Positions 49,301 through 63,200 of a DNA stretch of 64,000 bases are shown here, one piece after another. Made by a program: the position numbers and the translations under genes. Within the stretch, counting starts at the first letter, position 1. The number at the start of each line of letters is the position of its first letter. The stretch is from contig KZ538201.1 in the NCBI GenBank assembly GCA_000934665.2, positions 1 to 64,000 of the forward strand, given 5' to 3'. Below the pieces are notes generated by a model that was not told where the DNA came from, did not search any database, and was given only the letters and a program-made list of their open reading frames with translations. The DNA comes from Catajapyx aquilonaris (lineage: Eukaryota).

Positions 49301-52300
49301 ATGAGGATGAATATGGCTGCAATGATGAATCCAAGAGCATATGAAAAGTATGGATCGCCGTTGCGGTATGTCTTTCCAAATATGGAAATGTACGGATATA
49401 TATGGTCTTCGGCCAGGGCTTGAAACGTCTTGGCTCCGGACACTAGACAAGACAATGCGGAGGACAGAGTAGCTGCGAAACATCCTCCGTAGATGATGTA
49501 GTTGTACAGAGACATCAGAGCCATCACTTGATAGTTGTTGTACATTCCTTCAGGACAAGGTTGGTCCGTGCAATTGGCAAAGTCCCAATTGTCGTTGACC
49601 TGCGTGCTGTTGCCTGATGCCAAACGAAGTGACCCTGCACCAGCCAAAAGGGCAAATAGGGCATAGGACAACGTGGTAATTGCAATAGACCAGAGTGTGC
49701 CCTTAGGAATAGCCGAAGACGGATCCTGAAATACAAAGATCATTAGCAAGCTGGAACAATGATTATTAGCTCAAATTGGGCACCTTCAAGTCTCCAGAAA
49801 TACTAGCTCCTGCTTGAATTCCAGCCACAGCAGGAAAGAAGATGGAAAACACAGTGAAGAACGTCTGCGTCTGACCTTCTTCGTCCTTCCTGTACCCTTG
49901 CCACATGTTGTCCATAAACACTGTACCATTCATCCCAACGAATCCTCGAGCAATTTTGTCCACGTTTCCCATGGGTCCCACAAGAGCACCGATGAAGAAG
50001 TCGAACATGGCCACCAGAAGGATTATCAGCAGGACAACTTGCAACTGAAAAGACAAGCAAGTTGGAACATACCGGAACAACAACGACAATGTTTACTCCT
50101 TACCTTGGCTTCCCAGGCCATTCCGATGCAGATGACAGTTTGCATGGCTATGAGAGCTATTGAACCAGTGATTCTGATGTCGTTAGTACCGCTGTCCACT
50201 ATCTTGACCCCAGTTTCTTTCAGAAGGTCATTCAGAGATTCAGAGAAGCCAACAGTGTTGAGGGCAGCATTGGCCGCATTTGCGAACGAAAACACGACGC
50301 CAACAGCCCCACCAAACTCAGGCCCCAAAGAGCGCGATATCATGTAGTAAATACCACCTGTAACAAGAGGTCAAGGGTCAAACTATGGTCGTTATAGCAT
50401 TGGCGTGGAAATCTCACCTCCTTTGATCTCTCCATTGGTGCTGATGGCGGACATTGACAGAGTGGTCATGACTGTCACTAATGTGGACAAGATGATGACG
50501 GCCATCGATTCAGCTGAAATTATTTTCACATATAAGTTTCGTTGGAATATGATCACTGATGAACATGTCCTTACCTATTCCGGACTGGGCAACCATCCAG
50601 GACAACCGAAGAAAAAGCATGACACCCCAGATGTTGAGAAGACATCGTACCAGTACACCTTCGATCCATCCGAATTTGGCACCTCCACCTTTCTGTCCAT
50701 CATTCTCATCAGATTCTGTCTGTCAATTGAACATATACATTAGTAGGGTCGTTACAGAACACCCTGTAAGTTTTTTTTCCGCCTAATGAATTGCAGGTGC
50801 AAATTACTCGGAAAGTTACCTCACTTGCACAGTACTAGCACGTTCCGGTCAATGTCATGAACATTCATGATCTGATTGCACCCGGCTGTGGATAAATAAA
50901 TATTACGGGCTTTCAGGCTCGTGTGTACAGTACAGCCCGGCAGGAACTTTATTCAGCATTGTATTGCATTGGGGTTTGACATTAGTGATTAGTGACAGTC
51001 ATGGACAGTCATTCGCATATGGCATGTCCTATAGTAGTGTATAGTTGAAGGCCTTTTATGAGGCGTGGCATTTGGTATAGCCAATATTTTTTGTTCAATG
51101 TGTGAGGCCCCAGTGTCACTAATTACTCAATGTTGATTAATATGCGTGAGATATATTGTTTTACTTCCAACTATAAATCATCCATGCATTACAATATGAA
51201 AGGAAACGTGATAAAAACAATCATTTTACTGCGCCATTGAACGTACTAATATTATAAGTACTTGAAGACCTTCTTACTTGAGAAACAAATGTCTTATCCA
51301 CATTCAAACCACACAAATCTTCCACAACTATTCATTTGTGTCATTGATTAAAATTGTGATTCAAACAAATCCTTCGTAAATCATGAACATCTAAAAAAAG
51401 CTTTCTGCAGGCTACCAATTGAAATGTTTCTCAAGTAAGAAGGCCTTCACCTATAGCTATATGGTCACTCCCACAACAAGTTGCGTGCATCTCATGTGCG
51501 ACCAACACTTGATAAGATTACAAACTTACTAACCCTGAGACTTTATAGTTATTTGAACGCAGTAAATATTTCAAGTTGTGTGGAAAAAGTCATTGGCCTG
51601 TACTATACACGCAACAAAGCTATCAAGTGCAAGGTCCTTTGCATCGGCACCTGACTGACATACGTATTTAGGCTGGGGGATGTATCATTAACGAATGTCT
51701 AGTGACACAAAGGCCTCTTTTACCACAATGTTGAAAGTACAGGGTGTTTAAATACTCTCAGAAGTTGTTAGCTTATGCAACTAGAATGCTTCTCTCAGGC
51801 CACAGTCTCTCATCATATGAACTTTGCATCACCCTGTACAGTAAATTGGGCCATATCCTCGTGTTTCTAAGGTTGATTTGGTGCAACACGAATCGGATTG
51901 ACCCATTTACTGGCAGGAGGTCTGGGACACCCCCCACTGGGTGCAGCAAAAAATATAGTAAGTTATATATAGGGGGTTGGGCATTTAAGTCGAGTTTATC
52001 TAAAAGATCTGCTTGTTGACCGTTGGATACCTTTTTCATTATGATTGGCTAACGTGATCTAAGGAATGTCTGTTTTTTTTATTAGTATTATCTCAGAGTT
52101 AAGAGTTTTTGAGGTCATTGCAAAGGTGTGTGGAAACTAGTTCAATCATTTTTTTGGAACATACTGTTTGGGTATGTTTTTTTTTAAAATAGTTCGTGAT
52201 GTGTGTACAATCAAGTTGTTTTGTTGGAAATATCCGGTGTGTTGTACTGGTAACAATATAAGTCGCAAAATATATTTATGTGGACATTTTTCGTAATGGC

Positions 52301-53220
52301 TTGTACTGGGTGGTACACTGACCCAGTGAATTCAATTTAACTGAAGCAGATTAATTTTATAACGCAAGTTATATACACACTAAATGCACTGCATCCTGAG
52401 TGATTGATGCAAAAAATTGCAGTTGATCCTAGCTAGCAATTAGAACAGGTGGTACGTACAGTACGTGCAGCAGATATTTGCTGAAATTCCACGTGTTGTG
52501 TAACTGCTTATTAAGTGTAACCGTAATTGTTTAATGTCACACTTTTCCCTGGCGTATTTCCATAACCAATATTGAATTAACTACGTAGGTTAGAATAACT
52601 TGACGTAATTGCAATTTTAGGCAATGAGGCTCAACAATTGTTAATAACATGCAACAATTAATTCGCAAAAAAAATGTCATTTGCCATGTGTACATGTTGA
52701 TCGATGTTAATTTCTTGCTAATGTGATTACTGATTAGAGAAATAGTTGAAATTTAACTACTTTGTATTTTGTATAAATATTTTGGTTTCTCTCGAGGATT
52801 CGCCTGCAAACCGCTTCAGATCCGCCCACAAACCGCTCGTACCTTTGGCTGAATCGCTTCCTCATGCAACTCATCCAACGTGGGCCGATGAGCAGCTGCG
52901 ATGGACATTGCGTTCCTGTAGTTGTCCATCCTTGGTAACGCTTCTCTTGTCCGTTGTTCAAACCCTTGTTTGGTGTCGTACGAAATCGAGCCGTCGTCCA
53001 TGCTTCGTATGCTGAATGTCGAACTTTTTCTACCCGCACTGTTTGGCTTAGTGCCTCCGTTGACAGCGGTCAGCTCCAAAGGTCCATGCTCAGGTATGGT
53101 CTCCCCCATGCCTGCAGGGGGCACCAGGGAGTTGACCCTGTTGACCCTAAACCTCTGGAGCATATTCTCAGGTCCAGACGGACGACGTCCACCCGCCAAC
53201 GGTACAGTGTCACCGTTCAT
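46398..53220 (-). CDS. SLC12 cation-chloride cotransporter, paralog 2 (NaCCC2/Ncc83-like), 13 exons, about 1067 aa
   Basis: Exons 53220-52843, 50719-50575, 50513-50418, 50357-50104, 50044-49784, 49725-49299, 49243-49122, 49058-48711, 48637-48396, 48329-48133, 47750-47636, 47072-46702, 46645-46398, all GT-AG and summing to 3204 nt. Motifs [106 protein letters not shown]. Confidence 0.93.
47113..47502. mobile_element. Fold-back MITE (arms about 165 bp) in an intron of paralog 2
   Basis: actgtc..gaccagggagcata..gaggcgcaaac..cgcgtctctctgtttgggg..ggcggccattttgaagtgtggg..gggtccgccatctttga is mirrored by tcaaagatggcggaccc..cccacacttcaaaatggccgcc..gtttgcgcctc..tatgctccctggtc..gacagt. Confidence 0.85.
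51263..51449. mobile_element. Small MITE with 25-bp TIRs in intron 1 of paralog 2
   Basis: tgaagaccttcttacttgagaaaca versus tgtttctcaagtaagaaggccttca (24/25 inverted match). Confidence 0.7.
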
Positions 53221-53789
53221 CGCGACAACAACACACACTGAGCTGGAGGATACCCTGGTCAATCCCTTTTGTACTCTCCCCCCATACCCCACCCCCCTGA
53301 ACCTTCCCCCATCTCCCTCCCCTCTAGTTGCTAACGATAGACTCTGACCACCTTAGCTCGACTTGGGATGAGGTGAAAACAAGTGATTGAGATTGGCTAT
53401 GATTGGTGCTATCCTCCTACACGTATAGGGGGGGGCCTTGGATTGATGGAGTGACACGAGCGACAGGTGTGATGCACTAGGTCACTGGAAGTATACAGAG
53501 AGGATTTGGGTGTGTATCGTATATACAGAGCAAGGTGAGGTATGTCATTGTCATGGTTTATATTAATTGTTCTGTTGGTTTAGGGCCTTGACTGTTGGTT
53601 CACAGTGTTACGAAACTGGTGACAAGGAAGTAGTTGTGAACAAGTTACATTTTGTCAGAAGTCACAGAAAGTCAGGTGACATTTTGGTCAAATAATAAGT
53701 TTTACTGTGCCTCTTTTAACAAATTAAAAAATTGATTCCCATAAGAGATACAGTAATTCAAACATATGAAATCAAGATGTGACCCTGAT

Positions 53790-53979
53790 CGTTGCATTTC
53801 AGAATTATTTAAACGAAATTTCGTTTAAATAATTCTGAAATGCAACGAAATTCACGAAAATATGAAAATCCCTAACATTAGACTATGGTAATCCCATATT
53901 ACAAAGAGAAAACATAAAATTTTTGTTTTCTCTTTGTAATATGGGATTACCATATAATGTTAGGGATTTTCGTATTTTC
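53790..53979. repeat. Two adjacent long palindromes (58 bp perfect; ~124 bp near-perfect)
   Basis: cgttgcatttcagaattatttaaacgaaa|tttcgtttaaataattctgaaatgcaacg (53790-53847) and gaaaatatgaaaatccctaacatta..tatggtaatcccatattacaaagagaaaaca / tgttttctctttgtaatatgggattaccata..taatgttagggattttcgtattttc (53856-53979). Confidence 0.92.
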
Positions 53980-56900
53980 ATTAATCATAATTATAAGCGG
54001 TAAACTGCTTCGAAAATCACTGATTGTCACGGCTGTAAATATTCGTGGAAATCCCAGTTCAGATATGACAGATTAACTTAGGTAATTGGGGGACTTATCA
54101 TTAAACTTTTTTAATCCACCGCCACTGACATATTGAAAGTGATTGATATTTTTTCTCGATAAATGGCCGCCTGCAAATAAGCTGCATATTTGTTATCAAA
54201 ACGATAATGATGTATGTCTTATTGAGATAAGCGCTATCGACTCAAATTGTTTTATAAAAATCTCTCATTATGTAATCTGATATTTGGCTTTCATTACAAC
54301 CGAGTCTTATAGTCAAATTCTTCTGACCGTGAATGTGGGTTCTAATTAGTCTAATTCTCACACCTTGACTGCTTGTTAGACTTAATTATGACTAAAAATT
54401 TAAATAGCTTAGCCGGAATTTACCTGCTGTGTTGACTTTGCTCATGTTGGCCAAGCTGTGCTTACATCTACGTACTGACATATACAGAACACATGTGGCA
54501 TATATCATTAATATTATGACTCTGCCATGTGCTCATATTCCATTCATATAAAAAGAAATTATAGAAGGATTGAACTGCCGTTATCATATAAACTAATAAA
54601 AAGATAATGTTGCATTATATACGTTATTGCATTCTTCGGCGACCTTGCATAAAATGTTCTAGAAAATAATCTATACCATTAGCTGGAAGTCAAAACCAGG
54701 TTGCATTGAGCATTGTTGGGGCACTGCACCACACATTTTGACTTGGTGATTATTCGAGACACAATTGCAATAGTGTTGTTGACCATTAATAAATTAAGAA
54801 GTATCCGGATAGTTCCAGTAGTGTTGAAGAGCCAACCGACCATAATGATGATAACCGAGTGACAAGTGACCTTCCTCATTGACTGACGGTGAAAAACACA
54901 GTCACTTGTGAAGCATGTGCTAGACGGATATATGAAAATAATTTATTCTAAAAAAATTATTTTTGATTATTTTAATCAGATAGCGAGTTCCACTTTGAAT
55001 TTATTTGCAGAAGCGTTTCAAGTAAAGAGGTTATCAACTATAGAAATTATTACACCTTTTGTGAAGAGAGTATTGACTGGCTTTTCGTGACAGTCTGCCA
55101 CTTGTGATGTCTGGTGATGATGAGTCACTATTTGTTCTGGGAATGACTATTTCGGAGTATATAGTTCAACCGTCTCTTCCATGGCTGCTGAATACGTAGG
55201 ATGTGATCTTGCAGTAATAAGTACATGTTATTACCACACCTTACAACAAAAGGTACCACGCCCAAGTAGCCAGATCAGGCCAGACTTTTTCAGTCGCATT
55301 TATTTAGCTGGAGCCTATATCAACGTGTATGGTAATAAATGATCAGACTTATTGTGACTCAGAATATCTGTTTGTTTTGTTGATGTGAAGTTTGTAATTT
55401 TTTTTTCACCATAAAATGTGTAGGAAATCCTGGTCCTGTATCAGAGAAGCTGACGCGTTGATCTTGACGCAAATTATTTATCATGGCATATAAAATCATT
55501 TGGACGGATCTAACACCTACAAAGTACCGATCGGCGTCAATCACGTATCTTCTGATGACGATAAGTGACACTACTCGACAGTAATCGTGGTTAAGGAGTA
55601 ACATCCTGAAATTTATAGAGATTAACAAGTAATCAACGTACTATACAGAAGCTATTAAGTATTTTCGTGCGTTTAGAATTTTCACTTGAGGTGATATATG
55701 CAAATATCCGAAGTATTCGATAATCCGTAAATCAAATCCAAAGAAGCTAAAAATACGTAGATGTATCACTTTGTTCAGATACCTGACAAATTGCTTACAT
55801 ATTTACTTCAGTGTATTTACCTGCAAATATGCGGAGTTGCATCCACATGATTACATTGTATCAGTGCTGCATTAGTTGCCTTTGCAACTGTTTTTTTTTT
55901 GCTCTTTTCATTTTGAAGATTAGAAGAGAGCTAGTAAAGTAAACACATTCCACTTGAGACAGCAGCACCCTTGGAACTCACTTTTGCAATTATATCTGGT
56001 AGAGCGTAGTACGATTTATCTTCACTTGGTACTTAGTGATTACATATTATCCGTAGGATTGAAATGTGTACGGGTACGACAAGGCGTTCATTTTTGTAGT
56101 TTTTATTGAGGTAGTCGAGCCAACTGACCAGTAGAAATTGTTAATGAAATATTATTGTTGCTACCCAAGATGTGCTGTTGGTACTTGAACACTGGAAGTA
56201 ATCATTACGTTACGCTGATTTAGAACTAATCCGTGTAATGCATGGTTGTCACGACGAATATTGCACCGATGCACTGCTGCATTTAATTCGAATTAGACGT
56301 AGTAGCAGTGCACATATTGTGTCCAACAGTTGTTGTAAGTTAGATATTCCCAAAAATAATAATCAACTTGCTGTTATTATGAATATTTACTCGACTCCTG
56401 GCAGTATTGATCAACCTTGGTCTAGGCAGCCATATTTTGGTAGGTACCATTAAGATACTGATAACTGGTATCAACACGGGGTAAAAGACCATTAGCATCA
56501 TGATGATAAGCTCCTGATGTAAACTTTCTGATATATACAGGGTGATCCATACCCTTCATAAAAAAAAGACCGCAACTGAGAGTATGTTACAACATTTTAA
56601 TTAGTACAGCGCATTAGAACAAACGTTATTATAATTCGGCGAATTTGAGTCGTCATTTCTAAGACCAAAAATAGTGTCTGTGTGCGTCAGTAAGAGACGT
56701 ATGGACGTGAAATCCATCGATACGCTCCATCGCTTCTCATCAGGGGATTGTGAAAACGCATTTGTAATTAGCAATGCCATTTGTTAAGCATCCTTCTGTA
56801 AGGGGAGGCCAAGGCCAGATATGTGAATTAATTAATTTAAATGGACATGAAATGTCATTCCCATTGTTGCTGGATCTGAATCCATCAAAAAAAATGGTAT

Positions 56901-59900
56901 ATGAACTCTTCTGACCTGGCGAGTAAAAACTGAACAAAGTATGCCAAGAATTTTATTTGCTTGCACAGCCTGGTCTTTGCTTTTGATGATAACCTTGTCT
57001 TGAGCTGATTGGGACTGTTTGATTGTTGTGGAGCGTGCCCCGATAAATACTTTGCAAAATGTAGTCACGTAATAGTTAACGCAATGGGAATTACCCGACA
57101 TGTGACTCAGGAGGAATTTGTGTTTAAATGACATTTACAATCTTACACTGGCAGAAAATATTAATTGCGACAGTCATATATGCCTAATAATAGTCGACGT
57201 CCCGTCAAACCATCAGAAGACGCACAGCATGAGTGCCATCATCAACAACAAAGGACGTGAGGGGTTCAACACCACTTCCCATGCCCTTTGTTTCCACGGT
57301 CAAACGTCACAAAGTCCATCATATAGGACGAAGGAGAAAAAAAAGAGAGACCCTTGGAGAGAGTTACGAGACTTGATTTTTAATAAAGTTGCAAAGTGGT
57401 TCAACACGCGAGGTAACGTCACTGACGGTTGATATTGACCTTATGTGTTGTATTTATAATTATTTGGGTTTAGCTGTCGAGAGACCTTCAGAAGTACACG
57501 AGTCGGTCAGGTGGAAACTGCGTGGACACACTCATTGTTGGTGTCATTTCTACGTAGGATTTGCTAATTAATAGATTATGTTATTAAGCGGTCGTCGTAC
57601 TTTGGTTTCATCCTGAACTCTGACCTGACCAAAGCGGACCACACCCTTTCTGATAGACTATAAAGACTAGACGATAGCTATCCCCTGATCTTATTCTTTC
57701 CTACTGTTGGCTCGTTGCTGCATTGATGGCAGGTAAGGAACGAAGAAGAAGAAAAAAAAAGAGCAGGCCACTTACATAAGTGTTACCTCAATGTACCTTA
57801 ATTAACGGCTTATCACACCTGGTTTTGAGTAGGTGACCTATTGCACTGACCTTCTGAGCTTGGGATGATGACCGCAATTGAATGAGACGGTTTAAGTGTG
57901 GCCAATTTGAATCTGGTTATGGGGAGAAATATCTTAATAATTGAAGTTTATCTGCCGCGAGATATAATGCAGGTGCATATTAGATATGTGGTTTTTACTT
58001 CTGTTATGTAATTAGGTGGCCTTTTTAAAAGTGAAGCAACTTATTGACACCTTTTGGTATCAGACAATAGTCCGCATATCGCCTCGTGTCGTAATTGTTC
58101 TTTAGGGATAAATATGTGGGGAGTGAAAATTCAATAAACAATTGTTATTTACTGGGTGGCATAATCATGTGGCCTTTAAACATATTAATGAAGCTGTCAA
58201 CTTTTGAAATGACTAATAGGGCTTGTTTGATATGAATGTTATTAACAATGAACTGTTTATGATAATACATTATTGTTTTGAACTGTTTTTGATATTTATT
58301 TTATTGATCAGTTAAATATTTATTGTTATTATTTCTCTTTGGTCAGCAGTTTCGGTGAGTTTTAGACATTCTTGGTCATGTTTTGCCAGAAGCGCACAGA
58401 TATGGTGTGTTGCGTACCTAACAGGATAATACTGTAGATAAAAATAATGAACAGTAGAATAGGTTATGTCGTCAAAATGTATAAGTAAAAAATATATATA
58501 TTTACAGGCAGTTACATATTTAGTGTGAAGCTAGGAAATTCTCAACCAATAATATTTTCATTATTAATGACAACGGGTGTAACGAATCATTTTGAAAGAA
58601 AATTATGGGATTACATGTTATAAATTAAATATGCACAGATAATTGTGGCTTTCCTGTTAATGTGTGCTGACGCAACAGAACCAGGTAAGGGTGTTCATTG
58701 TTGAAAGTCACCTTACTGTAAATATTATTATTATATTTACGGCGGGGAAAAAGCCGTCAACTAGACAATTGAATAAGGTCTTATTAATTGAGTTATAACT
58801 TTGTCATGCACCTGTCAACTCACTTTTACTGCATTTTAATTACTTAATGACCTATACAGTTATAATGAAGTATACTCATGACTGTCACGCAATACGATAT
58901 TTCCGTAAGCGGAATGATACATTGCTGATTTTAAGTTAGATGTCTGGAATGCAAATAAGTGCAAACGATCGACTTTAATACCTACGCGTGATGAGATACT
59001 GATTTTTAACATTTTGGTGATAATATTTATTTATTTATTTATTTTATTTATTTACGATACCCCTTTCGAGGGCGGAGCCCTAATTTTGGTGATAATATAA
59101 ACCGCAATAATACAGCTAAAAATTGATGATGAGTGCTGCAATATTATTATGCTCCAACCGTATACTGTCCGCTACATTTCGAATTTTTGCGCATTAATTA
59201 ATCATATATTTTTTTTACTACCATTAGCTAATAACATTAGGTTGAATAGACGTGTCTTGGTAGTTAAGCAAATATATTTTTTAAAATTTCAATTCAAAAT
59301 TCAATTGGTTCAGATGGCAATAATATCGTAAATTCAATGCAAATCCTGACTTTCCTTAACATTACAGCTTAATACAAGTTTTTTTCCGATTGTTGTAACA
59401 CACTACAGTGTGAGCAGGTCACATGTGCGTGTTCTTCACTTCGCATATATTTATGATTGTAAAGGCCATTGTTGTGGATATTATGACAAGCGATGGAATT
59501 CACAATGGCAAGTGCGGATAGAGGCTGATGCGTTTCCGGTGTAATTAGTATGACTTTATCGATGCATAACGAACAGGATTTGAAGCATGCAGTAAGACCT
59601 GTAAGCTGATGCGTAAATACGACTATAGTGATGCAAGCAGCAGATATTATATGACGCTTATCTAAAACGTATTGAATCGGAATGAATATTGATATACAGT
59701 TGTAGAATGTGTATGTCAAAATTCTCCGAATTTATAATATGTAACAATGGTGTGACTTATAGTTGCATCCGACATTGAATCCTTGTTGAAATAAAATGGG
59801 GTTTTTGTATTAGTAAAGAAAAATTAGAAACGCAATTTAAAACATTTTTAATGAAAAATAATTAGGGATGGTTAACATATTTCGTCTTCAGATATATTCG

Positions 59901-60258
59901 AACATGTTAAACATAACTACACAACATTTATTAGCTTACAACTGGAGTCAGGTCTAAATGAAACTGCTACAAATATCATATAGTAATATGGATTTCTCAT
60001 GCCCAAATTATTATTAACTATATGTACACCAGGCATGAGAAGGGAAAGTTATTATTTTCTTCTAAGTCACCACAACAATGAGGTTGTAACCTCCATCGCC
60101 TTTTATTTCTCTTTATCAAGCAGCAATTTTTTGGGAGGTGGCTACTTGTCGCTAATTTTTCTTAGGTTCACCACATGATGTGAACTACATTTTGATGCGA
60201 CGTAACAGATGACTAGACGAGCTTGGCAAAAAAAATGGGCCATCTTTTTAGTACATTT

Positions 60259-63200
60259 TTAGGAATAGAAAGTGAGAACTGAAGATTGATTTCCTCGAAC
60301 CAATAGGAAAGGTGGCATATCTCTCGTAAGAATTTCCAACCAGGCCATGTACAATGGGGCTGACACTGCTGCTTTCCTTGGCATTGGCAATGTCCTGCAA
60401 ATAATTCACAAATAATATTAGAACTATCTTTAAAAAAATTGATTTAAAAAATTAGGAGCACTTACATCACAATCATGTTTGAATTTTTGGAGTACTCCAA
60501 CAGAAGTTCTCGTAGTCTAAGATGCCTGTTGGTTTTGGTCTTCATGCCGACAAGTTCAGAGTCGGTTATAATCTCATCTGCTAAATTTAATCATAAAATT
60601 AGCACAACTTAATTGGCTGAGTGTGATGATAACTAACCGTCAGCAGCATTTGGATTTGTAGAGCTTCGGAAATCCGCGATTAATGAGTCAAACAAAGCTC
60701 TTGTCGTGTCCTGTGCCTTCTTCGTGATGTCAGGGATCAGAAGTAAGTCGGAATAGTCTATACGAAATTTTGACAAAAGGGCTGCCATGCTGTAAAAATA
60801 ATAAAAATGTTTAAAAAAATTAATTACTAAAGAGTACACAGTCGTTACCTCCTTTGCTCCATTTCTAGTTCGTTGCTCTTGTTGGCGATGGCAAACACTC
60901 GTAGTTTACACCCGGTCCAATACTGCTTAGTACTGATTATGTACGGTAGAAGTAAAGTTAAACCTGTGAACGATACCATGAATAATCTTAGATTGGATAG
61001 ACGACCTCAATCATTGCTAGATAGGCCATGGATATGTTGTCAGTAAGCAAAATTTTTGCACGGTTTTTTTTGCGTAAGAACATTGAGATTTGACAAGAGG
61101 GTTATCTCACAGTTTGGCCTCCAAATTTGGTGATACTGCGTATCCACAGCAATTTCTTATTAATGGCCCATGTGCTTGGTGTGTGACGCTATCATATAAG
61201 TGAAGACCACCGTGAGAAAACGGAAATGTCAAATTGACATCGTGCATGACTTTTTGCGTCGCATCTCCATAAAATTGTGGGGTTGTTATGACTATTAAGG
61301 TTTTGAAATAAACAGATATTTATGATGGATAACAAACCTCCGTCGTCGTACAGCCACCAGACGTCTATGTATCCTTTCTTCTGCTTCCTCTGAAACTGCG
61401 TGATGTTGTTGAGCACGTCTTTTGGCAAGTCGGTTCCAGCCGGAGTTTTAAACTTGGGCTCGTCCTTCTTCTTCGGCTTCTTCTTCTCAGCCTCCATCTC
61501 GCTCATGAACTTCGCCGTTCTCTCAGGCGGAGGCGAACAAGGAGGGGTGAAATCGGCCGAGTTCTCCGATATTTCTGAGAGGTTCGATTGGACACGATGA
61601 AGATCATCGCCGTCTACTGCTGCCGGATTTGTGGAGACGCCTCCGCCAGATGGCGTTCCGGATATTGCAGTTCCGCCATTTTGTAGACGACCGTTTCCTA
61701 CCACTTCTTCAGGCCCTTCCCAGGCCACGCTGGAGTAATCCAAACCTTCTTTGACTCGGAGGATGCAGAGTCCAAGATGGTTATCCAAAGCCTCGCTGTA
61801 AAGTATGAAAAGTAGTTGTAAGCACTTGTCAGACTTATCTGTTCATATAGCAAGATGTCAACTAGGCCTAGGACTAGGCCTGACTCTAACTTCGCTTATG
61901 TTCAGTGAACATCTAGTCTTCCAGTGAAGGAATGTGGTCCATATACTGTATACTAGCAGGATACCCGGAGTTGCTCGGGTTATGAAAGTAATTGTGAAAG
62001 GAATGGAAGCCATCTTGGAAATAAAAAGAGGGAGCAAAGTTTCGATACGATGAGTGCGACGTGACGTATCGATGCTACATACGAGGTTCCAGCTTTTCTG
62101 CCTTTTCGCCTCCTGCAGCCAAGGATGACCACAAAGGTCAAGTTCAATGTGCTACAAACCTTCCCCGTTAAAAACTACCCCTAATGATCTCCCTGGGGCA
62201 CATGTCGACGCCTCCGTATTGATTTGCATAGGGAACGTACAGACATACGTTGGGATATATATGTATAAGATCAATATGAACTCATAATTATGTGGTAAAA
62301 CTCATATGACTCACTGTAGAACAGTGAAGTATTGCACCAGCTCCTCTCTGTTACACGTCCTCCAGTCCGATTTGTATCCCATCATGAGTATGTTAGGTCT
62401 GAGCTTCCCAACACCAGTGGCTTGTAGGAGGGCTCTGGATCCGTCTGCAAAATCTCGTTTGTCTACCACCACGTAAAAAGCCTTGGTCTTGTGCCACCGG
62501 AGCCACTTGTAGACCTTCTGGACCAAGATGGCACGGCTCTTGTATGGCAGAGCTTCTCGACAGACATGTCCGCAGATGAGAAGAGACACGCTCTTTGTCA
62601 TGGAGTAGGCCAGATCTATGAGAGGAGGTCTGGACTGAGGTCTGCCACACAAGAGGAGGATCTGGGGACGGAAGTTCTTGACATGCTCCTGGATGTTTAC
62701 TAAACTTTGGACCGAACTCAGAGCAGTCTTGTACGTTTGGGCCTGAGTGGAAGAACCCCAGTTCACATCTGTGGAAAGGACATTAGTTACTCCGATTCTA
62801 AGCGCTCCAGGTTAGCATCGTACCTGGTTTCCTGTACAGCATGTAGATGTAAAGGACTATGACAATGGCAGTGGTGATAAGCGCAGTTCCCCAGCTCATC
62901 AAAAACATGATGCCAAAGCACAGCAGGCTCCCAACCAGGCTGGTATGCCACGTGTAATACTGCCGAATTTGACAAGACCGTTACTGTCAGCTAATCAAGG
63001 ATTTATAGGAGTAAACTTACTTTGAAAGTGGGCCTCCAACCTACGGGTTTGACAACTACTGCATGGAAGCAGCAGAAGTTTACCAATCCGTAAGACGCCA
63101 TGAAGAAGTTGGAAATGAGAGGAGCAATGGCGTTCAGATCAGCTGGAATAATGAGCAAAATGAAATGAGCTACAGAGAAACAGACTATGGCCTCCACACA

